Both the position numbers and the translations under genes were made by a program. Positions 60,308 through 64,000 of a stretch of 64,000 nt of DNA are shown here, piece after piece (position 1 is the first letter of the stretch; each line of letters opens with the position of its first letter). The DNA lies in contig RSEE01000105.1 in NCBI GenBank assembly GCA_003971905.1, forward strand, positions 1 through 64,000. The letters run 5' to 3'. Under the pieces are notes generated by a model. That model did no database searches and was not told where the DNA came from. It worked only from the letters and a program-made list of their open reading frames with translations. Source of the stretch: Moniliella sp. 'wahieum'. Lineage: Eukaryota.

Positions 60308-61025
60308 GCGTGAGGGGTGGTGCCACGGTCGCCGCTCCCCCTGCGCATCTCACAGAATTTGCTATGTGTTGTTTGTCTCGAGTGTGCTCAACATGCAACG
60401 TTCATATGCGATAGGAGTACGCATTGCTAGGTACACGACACTGGGCGTAGCGTGTCCGCGCCCCCTGCCTGTCATGGCCCACCCAACATCATGGACAGGA
60501 TCAAGGGCGAGGGATGAACGGCGAGGGGGAGCGTGTGTTTGGTTTGGCCCATCTGTCCCGCCCGCCCCAGCACCGAGGCAGCTGGGGGGTTCCTTTGTCC
60601 GGGCGGCGGTCTGACACGAGCAGGGGGGAGAAGCAAGCGAAGCACACGAGGGAGATGGTGGATGGTTATGGTGGTAATGGTGTGGTGGTGGTGCAAATCG
60701 CATGAGCGCTGAGCTCCGCCCCCGCGCATACATGCCACAGCAGCAACCCTAGCCGCCCGGGCGCGCCACACGCCGCGCGTTACGTCAGCGCGCACCGGTT
60801 GGCATGCGGGCGGCACGGAGGCAGTGTGCGGGGTGCGCGGCGCGCAGCCGAGGAGAGTGCCCCGCGCCTGCGGGTCCGCGCGCTGTAACACAACCAACAC
60901 CGCAACGGGGGCAGTGCGCCGCGTCTTGAACATTGCAGGCCCTGTCTTCCGTCCTAACACAGGCCAATCAGAGCAGACCAGAGTGCCCCCCAACACCACC
61001 ACCACCACCACAGCCCACCCCCAGC

Positions 61026-63015
61026 ATGTCCGCCCCGTCCCCCCCCATCCCGCCGCCCGAGCGCGATGCCTCGGACGACCCCGCCGAGCTGCGCAGCATC
61101 ATCGCCTCCCTCCGCGCCGCCCTCGCCTCCGCCGCGGTCGCCGACCCGTCCCAGCTTGCCCTCCTCCAAGCCGAGCGCGACCAGGCCCGCAGCAGCGCGA
61201 CGAGCAAGCCAGCACGGTGCGCGACCTGCGCTTGCGTCTCGACGACTCGCGAAAGGCTTCATGCGCCTTCAGGCCGAGGGGGAAAGCGTACGAAAAGCGA
61301 TTGCTGACCGCCGTCGTTCCCCTTCCGTTGGCCCCGGCGCTGGAACTGGCACCGGCAGCACCTTCCTCCTCCCCTCTGCCTCGGCCACTGTCTCTCCTAC
61401 CCAGGCAAGACCGCTGAAGAAGAGGAGGAGGCCAGGCCAAACGTGCGTCCAAACGTGCCTCCCTTGCCTGGACCGAACGGGTCGATCAACATTGCGGCCC
61501 GCGCGAATTTTGGACGCAGCGCTCATTCCCGCGCAGGTCGCTCGCCACGCCTACCTCTACTACTACCCGTCCACAGCGGCTGATCGTAACTCCGTCGCCT
61601 TTCTATCTTGGACGCCCACCTTCCACCCCCCCGCAAGCAGGGAATGAGGACGCTTCCGCTACCCTGATCGGCCTGGGCATCCAAGCCCCTCGCTTCCCAC
61701 GCTTCTGCCGCTGCACCAACCGCGCCCGAGAGCCGGCGTCCGGGCCACCGACGAACGTCGAGTAGTATCAGTGGCCTTAGTGTGGTGAGTGCTTCCCTTC
61801 GTCCGATTTCCCCCTCGGGACTGAGTGCGGCATCTTCCCGTGCACCCAGTCCGCGTATGCCCTCTTCGATGCAGACTTCCGCCGAGGCAGAGGAAGCAGC
61901 GGACGTTGCACGGCGTCGGTCTCGGATGTTAGGTACGGGAGCTGGCGGTGCTGGTGGAGAGGCGCAGCAAGTTTGGCGGGTGTGACGGCGGAGCGGTTGA
62001 ATGCGCAGTTGAGTGCGCGTGGGGCCGAGCTGGAGCGGCTACGGGCTGAGATGCGTGGGATGCGAGAAGAGTTGGAGCAAGCGCGCGAAGCGGGATGCGT
62101 CCGAAGTGTGTCTCCAAGCTTTAAGAGAGTACCTTGCTCTCTTGCCCAGGACCCTGTGGACGCAGGTGCGTCTGCGTCTGGGTCAGGCGAGAGAGGTCAG
62201 GGTCAGGGTCTGGGTCAGGATCAGGGTCGGGGTCCACTTCGGCCCCAGGACCCGTTACACTCAACCTTCCCCCTCTTCCGATCGCCTCGACGGGTGCGCT
62301 AGAACCGGGTGACGAAGAGGCGGTTCTCCGTCCCACGCGGCCCACTCATCAGGCGCAGGAATCCTGGTCTACCAAACTAGGCTCGATGTGGCGGCGGGCG
62401 ACGACGGCAGGGCCTCAAGATGGCACGGATGGAGGAGAAGGCAAGCCTGGATCTCCCAACTCGGCCGCGAGTCCGGGCAAGCCGATTGACCCGTCTACCT
62501 CGACACCAGCGTCGGCCACTTCGACGTCTCCCCGTGCCCGCTCCAACAGTTACGCCCAATCGCTCAGCGTCAACTTCTCAGCCTTGGGTCTGCCCATGGG
62601 GCTGGGTCGCGCCGCGAACTCTCCCACGGGGGACGAGCGTCCGGAACCAGTGCCCGAGGAAGAAGAGCCACCGCGACCGAGGGGCAATCTCTCTACCCCG
62701 CCACCTCGGCACCTCTTAACCACCTCGTTCCAACCGAGTCCAACCCTGTACCGACGGCGGAACCGGTAGCCGTGTAGCCGGCTCACAGGCTAGCGCATGG
62801 CCCTGCCCTTCTCGTGCTCCGTTGGTCCACCTGCCGAAAACGTGAAGCCCAAGCTTGGATCTTGGAACTTAAACGTTCGGTCGATGGGACGTGAAGTGTA
62901 CCAAGGTATGATGGCCCAATGGGTAGGACTGTGTCGGTGTAACTGGAATCCCGTCGCTGTCTGTGTCTCTGTCTCTGTATCTCCACGCGCCCTGCTCCCT
63001 GTTCCCTGGGTATGA
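61026..63015 (+). CDS. Hypothetical coiled-coil protein
   Basis: Chain of frameshifted ORFs with heptad segments (ELRSIIASLR, LRLRLDDSRKGFMRLQ, LNAQLSARGAELERLRAEMRGMREELEQARE) and S/P-rich linkers; end uncertain. Confidence 0.55.
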
Positions 63016-63048
63016 CTCACGGCTCACGGCTTCTGACTTCTGACTCTG

Positions 63049-63113
63049 GCTCATGGCTCATGGCTCATGGCTCATGGCTCATGGCTCATGGCTCATGGTT
63101 CATGGCTTATGGC
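63049..63113. repeat. (CTCATGG)n 7-bp microsatellite
   Basis: ggctcatggctcatggctcatggctcatgg... about 9 copies, the last ones imperfect. Confidence 0.92.
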
Positions 63114-63819
63114 TTGTTCTCATTCTGCATCCTCCCTATCCCCCTGTCCCTCTGTGCTCGGCCCATGGGTCTGTAAGCCGTCCCACCCAGTCTCTCTACC
63201 CTCCTCGCTCCCCTGGATTTGCCTCCGACTTACATCCCGACTTACATTGTACGCTGAGCTACTCGAACCCATACTGTCATGCATGTGCCGATCTCGATCT
63301 GTTACCTCCCCGCCGCCGCAAGGTTTCTTGGGCTCGTGGTGCACTTAGCTACGTATACCTCGGGCGCAAGAGGGGTAGAACGCAGAAACCAGTTGCCCTA
63401 CGGCTCTGCATCGAACCAACATCGAGCGGTAGAACGTGAACGTGAGTTCAGCCTGAGTGTATCGTGCAGAAGAAAGAAAGAGACAGACATGACATGACAT
63501 ACAGCTGGGCACACATGCAGCTGGACTCATAGTTGCGTCCCGCTGTGCCCGGGACGACAGGGGGGGGATACAGACATTTGGACATTGAGCTTTCCCTTAT
63601 TCGCGGGCCTCAAACGCGTGCCTAGGACTGTGAGTAGCAACCCTGGACCTGGGGTAGGCAAGCTTCTCCATCCCACCCTCCCCACTCCCCCCTACCCCCT
63701 TCGCCCACACCACGTCCAGCACAGGAACCAAGCTGAGACCCCTCCACGCCCACATGCTGCGGGCGTGTAGCCTTGCAACGTGCATTCTGAGGCACGAAAG
63801 CTGAAAGCTGAAAGCTGAA

Positions 63820-64000
63820 GGTTGACGGGGGGGACAGGCGTACGCGCGCCCCACGCGCTTCGCGCATGATCACGAAGTGGCGGCGGACGACGAGCTTGGC
63901 GGGCCGCGGCTGCTGCGGCACGAATGCGCTCTACGACCGCCGCTTCGTCCTGCTCCTGTCGGGGCAAGCTGGGCGGATCGAGGTCAGGCTGCGACCCGGT
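63820..64000 (-). CDS. Probable 3' end of a gene continuing beyond the window
   Basis: GC-rich open frame (RQEQDEAAVVERIRAAAA...) followed by a (CTTTCAG)n 3'-UTR-like repeat; product unknown. Confidence 0.3.

Overview
Eukaryotic fungal genomic DNA, most likely a GC-rich basidiomycete. Evidence: GT..CTRAC..YAG introns, fungal gene families, copia LTR elements, no operons. Almost every gene, including conserved housekeeping genes, is split by 1-bp frameshifts, which points to an unpolished long-read assembly, so gene ends are approximate and pseudogene status cannot be judged. Core genes: YqjM-class old yellow enzyme, a degenerate mitochondrial-carrier-like protein, Cdt1, a DUF3405 protein, an Itc1/ACF1-like ISWI subunit, a makorin E3 ligase, a Chs4/Skt5-like Sel1-repeat protein, Ytp1 and several hypotheticals. 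Accessory DNA is dominated by three copies of a ~4.2-kb cassette carrying an apparently intronless, divergent OPT oligopeptide transporter. Two copies are head-to-tail (10.3-24.9 kb) with a junction repeat containing a hairpin+CTAG Helitron-like end; the third (47.6-55.0 kb) stops at that hairpin. Copy 2 contains a secreted Rds1/ferritin-like gene absent from the other two. Copia elements sit just downstream of two OPT copies: one is 3'-truncated, the other is young, TSD-flanked, nested in another solo LTR, and has its integrase/RT segment inverted. There is also a structured 76-bp satellite (4.25-4.81 kb) and a lower-GC degenerate island (39.7-47.5 kb). All family assignments come from recalled motifs; no searches were run.
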